Assembly: GCA_032718475.1 (NCBI GenBank)
Contig: JAUCBJ010001846.1
Coordinates: 1-64,000, forward strand
DNA length: 64,000 nt
Direction: 5' to 3'
From: Nemertoderma westbladi
Taxonomy: Eukaryota > Animalia > Xenacoelomorpha
The notes beneath the pieces were generated by a model. That model worked only from the letters and a program-made list of their open reading frames with translations. It was not told where the DNA came from and did not search any database. The position numbers and the translations under genes were made by a program. Numbering within the stretch: the first letter of the stretch is position 1; every line of letters begins with the position of its first letter. Positions 12,001 to 18,575 of this stretch are shown here, one piece after another.

Positions 12001-12548
12001 AAGGTTTCCTCAGGGTTCGTCACCACGCTCCAGAGGTGATATAAGTTGACATGTTGCATTTCATGGGCGATGACGGAAAATAGTGTCGCAGTAGAAAAAT
12101 CAACAACTGGATTTACAATGATAGTACAATGCCCTCCCTGCAATTGTGTTTCCATGTAACGCTGACTAGGCAGATTATCCGACGCCGTCGCAAGTCTCAT
12201 CGTTACCTGCTGCTGTGACACGGCAAAAGATGGGGTAATCTCTCGCAACATGTCTTGTGCAACTGCTAACTTATTGTTAGGTGTTTTATTTTCGTTGAGT
12301 CGATCCTTCCAACTATTGAATTGATTTTGGTTAAAATTACCCTGAATGCCATTTACAATCTCATCTAAAAAAATGCCACTGTGCTGATCTACAGTATAAA
12401 AAAGGTCTTGTTGAAGGGAATTGATGAGCTTTATTTGAGCACTGCTTAACCGGTTGTCATCGCCTTGCGGCGATTCATCCAACGCTTTATCTAAAGTATC
12501 AATTTTTGTTTGAATGTTCTGTAATATCTGCTTTTCGCTAAGTAACAT
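1..12548 (-). CDS. Giant multi-domain RTX-repeat protein / putative multi-effector toxin (3'-partial, at least 4182 aa)
   Basis: ATG at 12548 preceded by GGAGGA (tcctcc 12556-12561); N-terminus MLLSEKQILQNIQTKID. Segments I translated from 12548 down to 3 are all in one frame, and the ORF track lists nothing in this frame, as expected if there is no stop. Motifs: HEMQH (12051-12065), HELIH (9402-9416), QRQGLA (8463-8480), HEMMH (6864-6878), and RTX nonapeptides such as LDGGAGDDFL and LTGGAGADTLFGGQGTDT. Confidence 0.93.
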   Translation of the reverse strand, partial: MLLSEKQILQNIQTKIDTLDKALDESPQGDDNRLSSAQIKLINSLQQDLFYTVDQHSGIFLDEIVNGIQGNFNQNQFNSWKDRLNENKTPNNKLAVAQDMLREITPSFAVSQQQVTMRLATASDNLPSQRYMETQLQGGHCTIIVNPVVDFSTATLFSVIAHEMQHVNLYHLWSVVTNPEETFIRLSDKEKLLGNLAIIFDKHSKAIEQSLPNGAFYYQNIDELLAHNLETAVGFDIFDSADTIDYQIIKQLGSAFENDNFRPELPAIFHQANFFRLVETLRRIAAPLSERSKEYWCNMLMRDTDPTDFQYLQAIDIREVIINLEPPKYLDLPITEDILKHFKALVRSIVPFEFDAFWQENFFMLTLEPPLTFEEHFSPWNKEKQQHLIPAIISISPETNRYLYVNDGQTKHLLDTATQHLTDIFTNSDQTLQNFVDEYRKLAPFIEAVRRNPGMSIADNLDSPEFKTALFNVIDFIENANTQNLLTAHIQLQTLIGAIEAYSSGENNVNLEQNKKLAQLKQTLNTIAEPENDSWVRDNYYKIALLQLQFKDLVDALKKNLATPVTLFEPFDPLVEEVQRLINQVEPPFNLAEISLAEISLAEISIEDVAKLRLYQLATKITTHNQWDNQLALMLPQLLVKVEDFDYPINILFQKDGQIQVNSQGEQIYHSIHNPDSNEQIIELVLINPDTNNSRWGVSIEGAVETFPDYPRHTSFYRAVLTACLVYEEYSDEDISDEEISDLRESLSDNIKDNLEGLAPFAVENFDSLKQADIHPDDLVQMMENLALPTILSKIPSAVRLLTQSTAKLLTYSQTRTIAQSSVLSAEYQRITNLLQKNIHILWESINQGPGLSSIINNLNNPDFNSTQTLYQRTVELLQENAMPDSTSAQISTAVLELLNANPDLFNFIPENKRQATIDAFKKDLLVPLALDYQLTQYNHNLLETVQNLFNQTNFLQFVQDGQAALKYQTFINPQQYHSYIAKIIEKIALALKINKIPRLNIVGQPIQNELGEFGVASYHHQKNQIAIDLTKIEDIYDMVGKITHELIHAHQYQLLDRFNRGEISINSADYITVLLLKESLENPQLPYASKLSERSAHTIEHLAVLHLESKLMPDPDIDASITIRLDALNAIFNTTELLELLAQPSLPLSSKIFFHYLETQINKTDTEIEVSEYPQLKQTINTLPKDWKHYLFDHKPELAKTLGFDESERFIRANQRALEQSSLAITEPVLILTEAGKQHITNAPLTDGINYISVDINQYLNNINQINTEQLNQYLISHIPNANFDAIVNTYQQWVRIHKEQREDERYGLSSSLPLGKDMHLYLQYQNNQLSGLLISLKLINNNVNLITLVSDPNKQRQGLATQLVQHASADVFNNQPEINTLYADKIIHTGATHALLNNYFEPFYNNTNQGRLNYMGGNPQQRTYHDLYNYLPQAQGENLLVKVDEPQGAEAGLSPNQALINQLQDLAQNGPNLAIQAEIEQGLETQQYSMLDIIEIINQQPLGTLNKNQRENLNASLQALKVSQVSELVTQQIDQIIEAPQQALINKATQLIKAFGQTISNNTEQQANEFTQAIGQYDWHTINQAFEATQSTLNQAESSKVLKALETFSMPVAQKVKLLRIHSNTYGLGGAPGDMDLSNSPFVEYLRQFANGKNEDSYLNWVPESYDVSVAEEQIIANSINDILGDTTINFSDLKTRMNESNHALSDERLLASLYFSGNIENVRIDQLFERPIDLISLNPDLSIEQRQFKNAYLASVIDPLLEGFDVHFIEQYARLVSNGVEGHPSIEDSTPALKSLIEDEIRKIIKGMSERLGVQKPTVTFDSNSHTGESSQTLASYRHNSYQINFTDNYLDRIISTSAIEENDIFNQHQWLTTAGVLRKKMCAVIAHEMMHLAQHQFIDNMKGIPGSNAWVLAGLYAMTHQLRSDATPSNELIENIAYKTGYFVEYILEGNKSNAEKPPEIEFILETYQSILGSRFDSFFAKHFVKQYKPDLTITLDMLTNQQSTIIPIIADKPWLWSVRLAEIKTHQDKLDSTKRVFVDSIISILPMVSSLVKNTALTDNEYQAFLQGIKNNPNHNLLLIQELLIPSNGSNRFDAMLIEKRQQLIDIFRSTDIQQYKVLSYILAKKNFEKLLDQHAPVELVEESIQNMARNYTEAGHEPIRLKKTIVDATNNLTASTKLYFTLSDKLHKSLTENNVSALVGFLESSKLEDFNGTKEQLITYSAQLLTYFYPGTFTNALVILDNIEQQLKAFEDTTLLGFDRTVRDFRVTIMNIKIESQGPQILNEQILGSMMEDIQIFDAINVDGSAYPLAQKFYELFSDESNPAIYSTISEGFNTKTYKLEDMVEAFQFLMMDHPSVFVENDNARKNREKARDLCIGFTLDNYKESTHTAINALVDNPLEYPIGDVISHNFSYYELPEMLDNAGNPLETPIEYPIGDVISHDFPTHSEMPVNAGNPYTYFDQHGEIMTPTQVDAFLGTNQAILGAAQEPLQQHEQQSDPKLPLQTLQAAAQYDFQKTMEQIDTGIQAACDASGQTRADINTIIYDQDNHTLGVEFTPDASGTIYQTVIELDHFQGYKAPGLIEKYYNWLNQVPGENRQKLAQGSGYVGKATGIFMTLRGFKGMLDSLNNGDISSAISSGAFAAYGLGDLIGTNKLITDQIGKAFGGIMFKELQGSEAAIETLDTFLAKGMGHVLTRVGMEAETAARVGEIAARIPVMAAVFGGLMISGDVQTLEADQAANAPQWQQNLDIADTVIDSVDTALFMAAPFTGPAAPFVEAAAMVLLTARLFIDNITADIIKEQQNAHNDWEMFYLGLKGFFEGIGDTFVELFDPSFEYNKEFSYYSELLEKTTEIHQLYTIDDHQGRHNTFNLIPVTKENQAPLMIGDTTLDLRGDTATYQWTMTNPLSEDEYTLDDSGVDWDRLTALEDPAAVETLVYQYSDGTYEDKRLIVDSERIDNIILSGAQRYYIEKSRTYTPNPSLPSSQYTEQEIEPTVRDHLELKKIEPVTHTVYGNDKDNNFFTPGNVNQHFTYHIEGGSGADTLQLGNAGNYHFWGENNLAEDTSNNDSIVFQADDQQGRIRYINASQSGNIIQTLSSDQLDFAQHRLNLNNAQTSQSFQVYIDGVENIYGSASTEVIKAGENTQYITFGGGQDALIRQAGSRTQYVIKAGNEVLFVNDHNNNPENTEQTYADLLRLDFHINDIDHDIAINNFTWNIQGATQQVFTFEADVVKDHHNLNTTIHLSQDAAKTLPLLTTDGVLFHLGQTETGAVDMLDIRIIASLWQAQHGQTLPNTSLENKDLIIDFDADAKGHFTLTQQAGTKRTLQFSNHSYESISHQAYDTQAGERRIQLTVDENLSIDISAGELVDYVFTTKDRVNYQLKMDAQGALSITNFSYQLTDTVSFSNDPENDTENDFDTPTYDANFLPEEGAIIIGTDNDQKYDILIGHTGNDQLIGGGGLNFMDGKAGQDTYILQANDGITIIEDTGNDGEASVILFQDFAWKDIQVFRFSGTELLVGIFAEDGPIYNNGPHLAETVASLRIDHRDPYLKGYTFMTADGVSFVVKFNEGMPSAQVVSFDQQIWNQFVAKNGETATSPTSQLSQLSVLQVYGSDQDDTLNLQSAKLVTPNQGDDYILLNDMDTTVLLNPGDGLNTIDINNYAAQNSEDAPPSPLHNIVFNNIDHQAIEIQAIEANRVLIGLSGDHSSQVSLAREQLSAFYFLTQDGVQFILNEELEKSILSIDLSKSDHPDLDLNNQLFEQAQFSSDRWVYGSTQANRIEGQLTHNNTFYGLGGDDTLIGGYASDSLTGGEGDDVLQGQAGDDTLNGGQGADDIDGGDGSDTLVFIGDWVSNQGVHVDLTTNQGQHADAQGDTYQHIENVVGSIFNDVITGDTNSNYLAGSLGDDILNGGRGGIDILVGGEGSDTYQIFRGDNVIIHGIEKPQDMIDEQIDQDQLRLNQYRLEELHFIQNDPDVLQILADDLRLFINNWSSRYQHYQLTTLDSILNPQELVEYVNAHVLHLGDYHDDYVANYSQSQAGIHIQTQQDLQHDQLHHNTADQAGDAHHDSFQDIKHIIGSYYADEIHAFDGLDFIDGGAGDDQLYAQDDHPISLYGQDGHDELIGSEQNDTLDGGAGDDFLEAGAGDNHLTGGAGADTLFGGQGTDTASYMHSTWGVYID
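50..2230 (-). repeat. RTX Ca-binding nonapeptide repeat blocks within the giant ORF
   Basis: Blocks near 2220-2120 (LIGHTGNDQLIGGGG), 1160-1000 (LTGGEGDDVLQGQAGDDTLNGGQGADDIDGGDGSDTL), 850-760 and 330-50. Confidence 0.9.
5160..5345 (-). repeat. Imperfect internal duplication in the toxin (EYPIGDVISH...NAGNP x2)
   Basis: gtggctgatgacatcgccgattgggtattcta and ggggttgcctgcattg each occur twice. Confidence 0.9.
10734..10778. repeat. 15-bp tandem repeat x3, encoding LAEIS x3
   Basis: ggagatttcagctag, ggagatttcagctag, ggagatttcagcaag. Confidence 0.95.
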
Positions 12549-13599
12549 TGTTAAGTCCTCCGCTGGGTTTAACTAGTTGGGCTAGTCTTTTTCATTTCCC
12601 CTTACCCTTTACTGTCTTTATAAACTGCATGGGATATATATCAATATTTAAATATTATATTGATCAAATAAGTATAAATGCTTAAAGTCATCATAAGTAT
12701 ACATTCTTCTATCTTATACATCACATAATCTATAAAGCATCCAAATAAATAGTTTATTATTTGTTGCTGATCAATGGGTTATATGTTGATGGAAAACAGC
12801 CAGACTTTTGTTCACGGGTAGGCTAACAGTTTATTTTTAAATGTCAAAAATTTTTTCAGGGTTGTTGTTTTTTAGGGTTAGGATGGGTGGTGAATTCAAC
12901 GATTTTTCATGTTATTTAGGGGCTGGGGTGCGCGTGTATGAGCAATTAAAAAGTGAAAAGTGTTGCGCTGTTGATCACGCCCCAATGGGCTTGCCCAGCG
13001 GCTTGCTATTAATGAGCGCCCTATTTTAGATAAATGGGGGCCGGTTATGGTGTGGCCGGATCAATATGGGGCTATTTTTCATAACCAATCATTTTTGAGC
13101 CAGATCGCTGAGTGTGAAGCGCATTTTTCACTTGCTCGTTTGATTGCGGCTCGATTGCACTTAGGTGAAAACTTTTTGCCAAACTTGTCTGGTGGCCATG
13201 CTGTTGCTACCCCGATGGAAAACGGGGTTGTACAAGCTCATAAAATATATTCCCATGTATTTGATTGGTTATCTAAAGGCCAATAAGCCCATTTTTTTCA
13301 ATCAACTAACCTATCAATTGCAAACCTAGCTAGATATTTCACTCCATTACTTTTTGGGGGTGTTGAAATCAACTTGTTTTGATCGGCTAAGGTATCGCGC
13401 TTATGTTGATTGCCCTTTTGTGAGCCCCTAGCGTCCATTCCTCATTTATGTAAAGGGTGCGTATTGCGACTGTGACAATCGGGATAGCCAGGGTGATTTC
13501 ATAAAGGCTTGTAAGTTTTAATGTTAGGTATGAAAAAAACAGGCGCCTTTTGATTTGGCAAAAAACAGCTTTGGCCGTTTAGTGAGCGTGAACGCTCCA

Positions 13600-14389
13600 A
13601 AGTGTAATTAACGATCAAAAAAGATTTTAACCTCTTGGGCATGAATACCTTATTGCATCGTGTGTTGTTTAATTTACTTAGTCATTCACTCTTCCCTACC
13701 CACAAAACCAGCCATGCACAGTACCGTTACCCTTGAAGCGAAGGGCAACGCAGGGTACTTAACTTTTAAAGATACAGGCCAAAGCATTCCTAAAAACCAA
13801 CTATCCAAACTATTTAAAGCATTGACTACCTTTGATAAAACAGGTGGCACGGGTTTAGGGGTACACTTTTGTCAAAATGTCATCACCGCTTTTGGTGGGG
13901 ATATTGTTTGTACCTCTAAAGTAGGGGAGTACACCCAATTTACACTGGTCGTTACCTGTTACCAAATTAAGTGCACAAACAACCCCTAAAACGCACACCA
14001 CGCCCACACAACCCTTTGATAATCAATCAATTTTGATCATCGACGATGATGTTATTTCGATATGACTGGCACAAGCACACTTAGAGCCGATAAAGGGATT
14101 GAGCATTCACACCGCAAAAACGGGTGCTGCGGGCATTCAAAAAGCCCAAGCCACCCAACCCGATTTAATATTGACCGATTTAAACCTACCCAATGTTTTA
14201 GCTGAAAAATTGATTACCCAACTAAGCAAGTTATGCATCAACAAACCCATCATTGTTAGCCTATCAGGTGATGATCCCAGTGGGGACATCAAAAGCCAGT
14301 TAGAGGACAGCCTGATGAAACCCATCGACAAAGATGATCTACTGAAGACATTACAACATCATTTGGATAAGTTGCCCAATGCTTCTTAA
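13600..14389 (+). pseudogene. Remnant of hybrid sensor kinase (HATPase + receiver), CqsS/LqsS-like
   Basis: DTGQSI...GTGLGVHFCQNVITAFGGDIVCTSKVGEYTQFTL; frameshift near 13950; receiver ILIIDDD...PDLILTDLNLP...LMKP interrupted by TGA at 14063-14065; no sensor or HisKA part seen. Confidence 0.75.
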
Positions 14390-14416
14390 AGGATAGAAAG
14401 TCGTTGTTGGTTACGT

Positions 14417-14463
14417 TGGGCTTTTAATCCATTGGTCGGGCGTTCGAGTCGCCCACGAACCAC
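14417..14463 (+). other. 3' half of tRNA-Lys(UUU), att-like fragment
   Basis: cttttaa anticodon loop, T-arm gggcg-ttcgagt-cgccc and acceptor 3' strand acgaacc; no D-arm or 5' acceptor strand upstream; about 40 bp from the integrase stop. Confidence 0.8.
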
Positions 14464-14501
14464 TAAATATACCAAAGAATCACAACACTTTCCCAGTTTT
14501 C

Positions 14502-15482
14502 TTATTCTTCAAAATGACGACAAAACGACGACAATGGATTAAGTTTTACAATATTCTTTAAATGATCAAGCGACAAATGTGCATAACGAATCGTCATCTT
14601 TAAATCACTATGCCCTAACGTTTTTTGCAAAGTTAAAATATCACCCCCATTCATCATAAAATGACTAGCAAACGAATGACGTAAAATATGCGTACTTTGC
14701 CCCCTAGGCAAATTAAAACCTAACTGCTTAATCGTTCGCTTAAACGTATTGTAACCATCAACAAAAGGCACATTCTCTTTAATCTCTTTTTCTAAAACCT
14801 CATCAATGGGCAGTTTTCTTAACTTATTGTTTTTAGACCCTAACGTTAAAATACCGCCCCTAACACTGCCCAACTTAATGCTTGCAGCCTCACCCCACCT
14901 AGCCCCTACACTCAAACAAACCTTGGCAATCACATAAGCATGTGACTGATGCTTTTTTAGCTCTGTAAGGAGCACATCAATTTGATCAAGCGTTAAATAA
15001 CTCAACTCCTGCTCATCAACCTTTAATCGCTTAACCTTATCAATGGGGTTGTGATCGATCTCATCTAAACGCACCAATTCATTAAACATACTATTTAAAT
15101 AAGCATGATGATGATTGATGGTATTTGCTGTAATATCTTTTCGCTTATTTCTATACGCTAAAAAATCTTGTTTGGTGAAGTCATCAAATTTGGGATTTTT
15201 TAAAGCATCAATAACATTGAGTATTACCTTTAAGCGATTAATACCATCCTTTAAATTCTGGCCATGATATTCATACCAAAGATTACACAAAACACCTAAA
15301 CGCCTATCGTCTCGTGTGTTGGTTTTATTCCATGATAAATTTTGCCGCCACTGCATGATTGAATCGGCTTCAAAACGTTTGGCTTCAAAGCGGGAGGTAA
15401 ATATTTTACGAACGCGTTTGCCACATCGGCCACCTAGGGTGATGTCGACTTGGTATTTATTGGTGTTGGTTTTTCGGATCAT
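14502..15482 (-). CDS. int: Tyrosine recombinase / phage integrase
   Basis: Catalytic set present: GARWGE (R), K, HILRHSFASH, LGH, RYAH; N-terminal GKRVRKIF arm-binding region. Confidence 0.95.
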   Translation of the reverse strand: MIRKTNTNKYQVDITLGGRCGKRVRKIFTSRFEAKRFEADSIMQWRQNLSWNKTNTRDDRRLGVLCNLWYEYHGQNLKDGINRLKVILNVIDALKNPKFDDFTKQDFLAYRNKRKDITANTINHHHAYLNSMFNELVRLDEIDHNPIDKVKRLKVDEQELSYLTLDQIDVLLTELKKHQSHAYVIAKVCLSVGARWGEAASIKLGSVRGGILTLGSKNNKLRKLPIDEVLEKEIKENVPFVDGYNTFKRTIKQLGFNLPRGQSTHILRHSFASHFMMNGGDILTLQKTLGHSDLKMTIRYAHLSLDHLKNIVKLNPLSSFCRHFEE

Positions 15483-16108
15483 TTAAGCACCACAAAAACC
15501 CCAAATGCCAATTACTTTAGCAATTAGTCTAATCGTTTGAGAGGTTTTAAAGGTTGTGTACATCTTATTATCACTGACGGCCACAATCCCTTCAGGTAGC
15601 TTTTGAAGGCGTTTGATAAAAAGCTCATCATTTTCAACAAACACCCAAAGTCCATCCCTAAAATCTATATCATCAATATCAACTAAAATGAGGTCTTTAT
15701 CGTCAAATGTGGGCTTCATGCTATCCCCATTGGCGCTAATCACTTTCAAGCTAGGTTTATAGGTGATGTTGTAGTGCTGTTTTAACTTATCAGTGTTAAT
15801 GGTAATGCTTTCAATGACTCGCTCATCAAATACAGTAAGCCACTACCAGCTGAGGCCTTAACGTCTAAAAAATCAATTGTTTTGTTGTTTTGATTGATTG
15901 TGGGCGGGTGGTCTACAGTTCCCATTAACCAGTTGGTGTATTGGGGGAATTGTTTGCAGAGTTTTAATAAAAAATCGCTGTTTGTTTTTCTGTATTTATA
16001 TTCATAATTTTTGATCGTTTGCGGGTTAACACCCATAATCTTTGAAAATTCAACCTGCGTGTAACCTTCTGTTTTTCTTATTAGCTTTATTTTTTCTGAT
16101 AGTTTCAT
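15483..16108 (-). pseudogene. CI-like repressor (XRE HTH + S24 peptidase), split by a 1-bp frameshift
   Basis: HTH YTQVEFSKIMGVNPQTIKNYE, ASAG cleavage motif, GDSM and IKRL. Adding one base near 15838 joins both ORFs through GFTVFDERVIESITINTDKL. Confidence 0.88.
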
Positions 16109-16271
16109 AATGTTTTAAAAAATAGTTGACAGTTTCAAAATGAACAACAAACCCCATGCACAAAAAACAAATAATCATGCTCACCACCTTAGCTGCGTGT
16201 TTAGCTGTTTACTTGGTCATATGAACCCCTCCATTAAAAAACATCCTAAAAACCTTTAATTCTACCAAATT

Positions 16272-16986
16272 ATGAAAATCTACAACATCAAACTGCCCGA
16301 AATCACCGCCAAGCAATACTCCGCCATTAATACGTCACAAACGCTTGATTTAGCAAAAAAAGCAAAACAATCTGATGTTAAACATTTTATATTCTATAGT
16401 ACGGTGGCAGTATACGGTGTGCATGGTTATTTAGGGGGTCAAAGCAGTTTGCTAAATGAGCAATCTGCTTGCAAACCTGTCAGTGCATATGCAAAAAGTA
16501 AATGGGCGGCTGAAAACGCATTGTTCAAACTTGAAAACAAACAATTCAGAATATCAGTCATCAGGCCACCGCTTATTTATAGTAAGGGGTCGACTGGTAA
16601 TATGACAACACTAAAAAATTCGTTAGTTTATTGCCTGTTTTACCTTTTAATGATGTGAATAATAAAAGGAGTATGGTCTATCTCAATAACTTATTGTATT
16701 TTACGAAACTAGGGATTGATAAAAAAGTGACGGGTATACTCATTCCTCAAGACAACGATCAATTCTCAATTAAACAAATCGTTAGTACCTTATCAGTGGG
16801 GTTGGGGAAGAAAATATTTTTAATTAAGCACCCTCAAATCATCCTGTGGTTTTTAGCAAAAATGAAGCCACAATTGATCAATAGCCTATATGGAACATTG
16901 TTGTTTGATTCTACAATCAGTCATGAAAAAACGGGTTTATTGAGCAAACAGCAGCAAAAGAAGGCTTAAAGTCTATGTCACAATAA
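16272..16986 (+). pseudogene. Truncated, frameshifted NAD-dependent epimerase/dehydratase
   Basis: FIFYSTVAVYG, YAKSK (YxxxK), RPPLIY, KRSMVYLNNL; no N-terminal GxxGxxG; frameshift at A6 tract 16613-16618. Confidence 0.85.
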
Positions 16987-17049
16987 TTACCCACTAAAAA
17001 ACCTTTGTAAAACTTGCCAATCCTAAAATAGATATGCAATTATTACACC

Positions 17050-18081
17050 ATGATCAAAACCTTCTTAGAAACATTTTTTCTATTGCCCGAACCCTTGGCA
17101 TATCTGGTCGATATATTAATCAAAGTCGCCTTCATTATCCTACCCCTTTTGATATGTGTGGCATATACCACCTACGCGGAGCGAAAAATCATCGGTTTTA
17201 TGCAGGCCCGTTTAGGGCCCAACCGCGTTGGTTTTAAAGGCTTACTACAACCCTTTGCTGACCTTCTTAAACTCCTATTTAAAGAACTCATTTTTCCCCA
17301 AAAATCTAACCCACTACTTTACATTTTAGCCCCCATTCTCACTCTAATCCCAGCGATCGCAGTTTGGGCGGTGATTCCCTTTTCCAACACCTTGGTATTA
17401 ACTGAAATTGATATGAGCATTGTGTATGTATTTGCCATTGGATCAATAGGCGTATATGGCATGCTTTTAGGCGGCTGGGCATCAAATTCAAAATACTCAC
17501 TCCTTGGGGCTATGCGATCCAGTGCAATTATGATCTCCTATGAAATTGCCATGGGATTTTGTATTATTGGGGCCGCAATGATGGCGGATTCATTAAACAT
17601 TCAAGCGATTATTCAAGCCCAGCAAGGTGGCTTGTTGAGCTGGAACTGGTTGGTACTTTTCCCCCTATTTATCATCTTTTTTATCTCCAGTTTAGTTGAA
17701 ACCAACCGGGCCCCTTTTGATGTGGTTGAGGGGGAATCTGAAGTGGTGGGGGGTGTTCATGTTGAATATGCAGGCATTAGTTATGGGCTGTTTTTTTTGG
17801 CCGAATACGCCAACATGCTGCTGATGTGTACGCTATCAAGCATTCTATTTTTAGGGGGGTATTTATCACCCTTTAAGTCCATCCCCTTATTAAATGCACA
17901 CGGCATGCATTGGCTCGTCATTAAAGTATGTTTATTGGTATTTATATTTATATGGGTACGGGCGACCCTGCCAAGGTATCGATACGACCAGATCATGCGT
18001 TTAGGTTGGAAAATATTCATCCCCCTAACCACCCTTTGGATTATGGTGATTGCTATTGCTCAACAAGCCCGCTGGATATGA
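17050..18081 (+). CDS. nuoH: NADH-quinone oxidoreductase subunit H
   Basis: [18 protein letters not shown]; ETNRAPFD; RYRYDQ. Confidence 0.98.
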   Translation: MIKTFLETFFLLPEPLAYLVDILIKVAFIILPLLICVAYTTYAERKIIGFMQARLGPNRVGFKGLLQPFADLLKLLFKELIFPQKSNPLLYILAPILTLIPAIAVWAVIPFSNTLVLTEIDMSIVYVFAIGSIGVYGMLLGGWASNSKYSLLGAMRSSAIMISYEIAMGFCIIGAAMMADSLNIQAIIQAQQGGLLSWNWLVLFPLFIIFFISSLVETNRAPFDVVEGESEVVGGVHVEYAGISYGLFFLAEYANMLLMCTLSSILFLGGYLSPFKSIPLLNAHGMHWLVIKVCLLVFIFIWVRATLPRYRYDQIMRLGWKIFIPLTTLWIMVIAIAQQARWI

Positions 18082-18569
18082 TAAAACTTTTGATACAACT
18101 GCTCAAAGGCTTACTACTAAAAGAAATTATCAAAGGGCTTTTCACAACAGCCAAAGCCCTTTGGCGACGAAAAATCACTCTACAATTTCCCCATGAGTTC
18201 ACCCCCACCTCGCCTCGTTTTAGGGGGTTACATGCCCTTCGGCGCTACCCAAATGGTGAAGAACGCTGCATTGGGTGTAAATTGTGCGAGGCCGCATGCC
18301 CCGCCAATGCCATCACCATTGAATCACATATGCGAGAAGATGGGACACGGCGAACCACACGTTATGATATTGACCTATTTAAATGTATTTATTGTGGCTT
18401 TTGTGAAGAATCCTGCCCAACCGATGCCATTGTTGAAACCAATATCATGCATTATGCCTTTTCTAACCCTGATCAACGTATTGCTACAAAAGACGATTTA
18501 CTCAAAACAGGCGATCAACACGAAAACCAAATTGCCAAAGACCGACAACTAGACAGCCCCTATCATTAA
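18078..18569 (+). CDS. nuoI: NADH-quinone oxidoreductase subunit I
   Basis: Two CxxCxxCxxxCP motifs; start moved to ATG 18078 overlapping the nuoH stop. Confidence 0.97.
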   Translation: MIKLLIQLLKGLLLKEIIKGLFTTAKALWRRKITLQFPHEFTPTSPRFRGLHALRRYPNGEERCIGCKLCEAACPANAITIESHMREDGTRRTTRYDIDLFKCIYCGFCEESCPTDAIVETNIMHYAFSNPDQRIATKDDLLKTGDQHENQIAKDRQLDSPYH

Positions 18570-18575
18570 ACTAAT

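Larger units (their letters stand above)
14417..16330. mobile_element. P2/186/HP1-type prophage remnant (att, int, cI, probable cox/apl start)
   Basis: att fragment, then int and cI transcribed toward it, then a divergent ORF start; no structural genes. Confidence 0.75.

Noticed and set aside
12841-13286. Two short + strand ORFs upstream of the toxin
   Set aside because: No recognisable motif (not RtxC-like); may be debris
13384-13411. dif-like site (ttatgttgatt resembles a XerD arm)
   Set aside because: No XerC arm at the 6-bp spacing
14390-14465. Intact tRNA-Lys
   Set aside because: No D-arm or 5' acceptor strand, and no CCA; treated as an att fragment
16120-16160. TTGACA promoter/operator between cI and the divergent ORF
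   Set aside because: No matching -10 at 16-18 bp, and operator symmetry is weak
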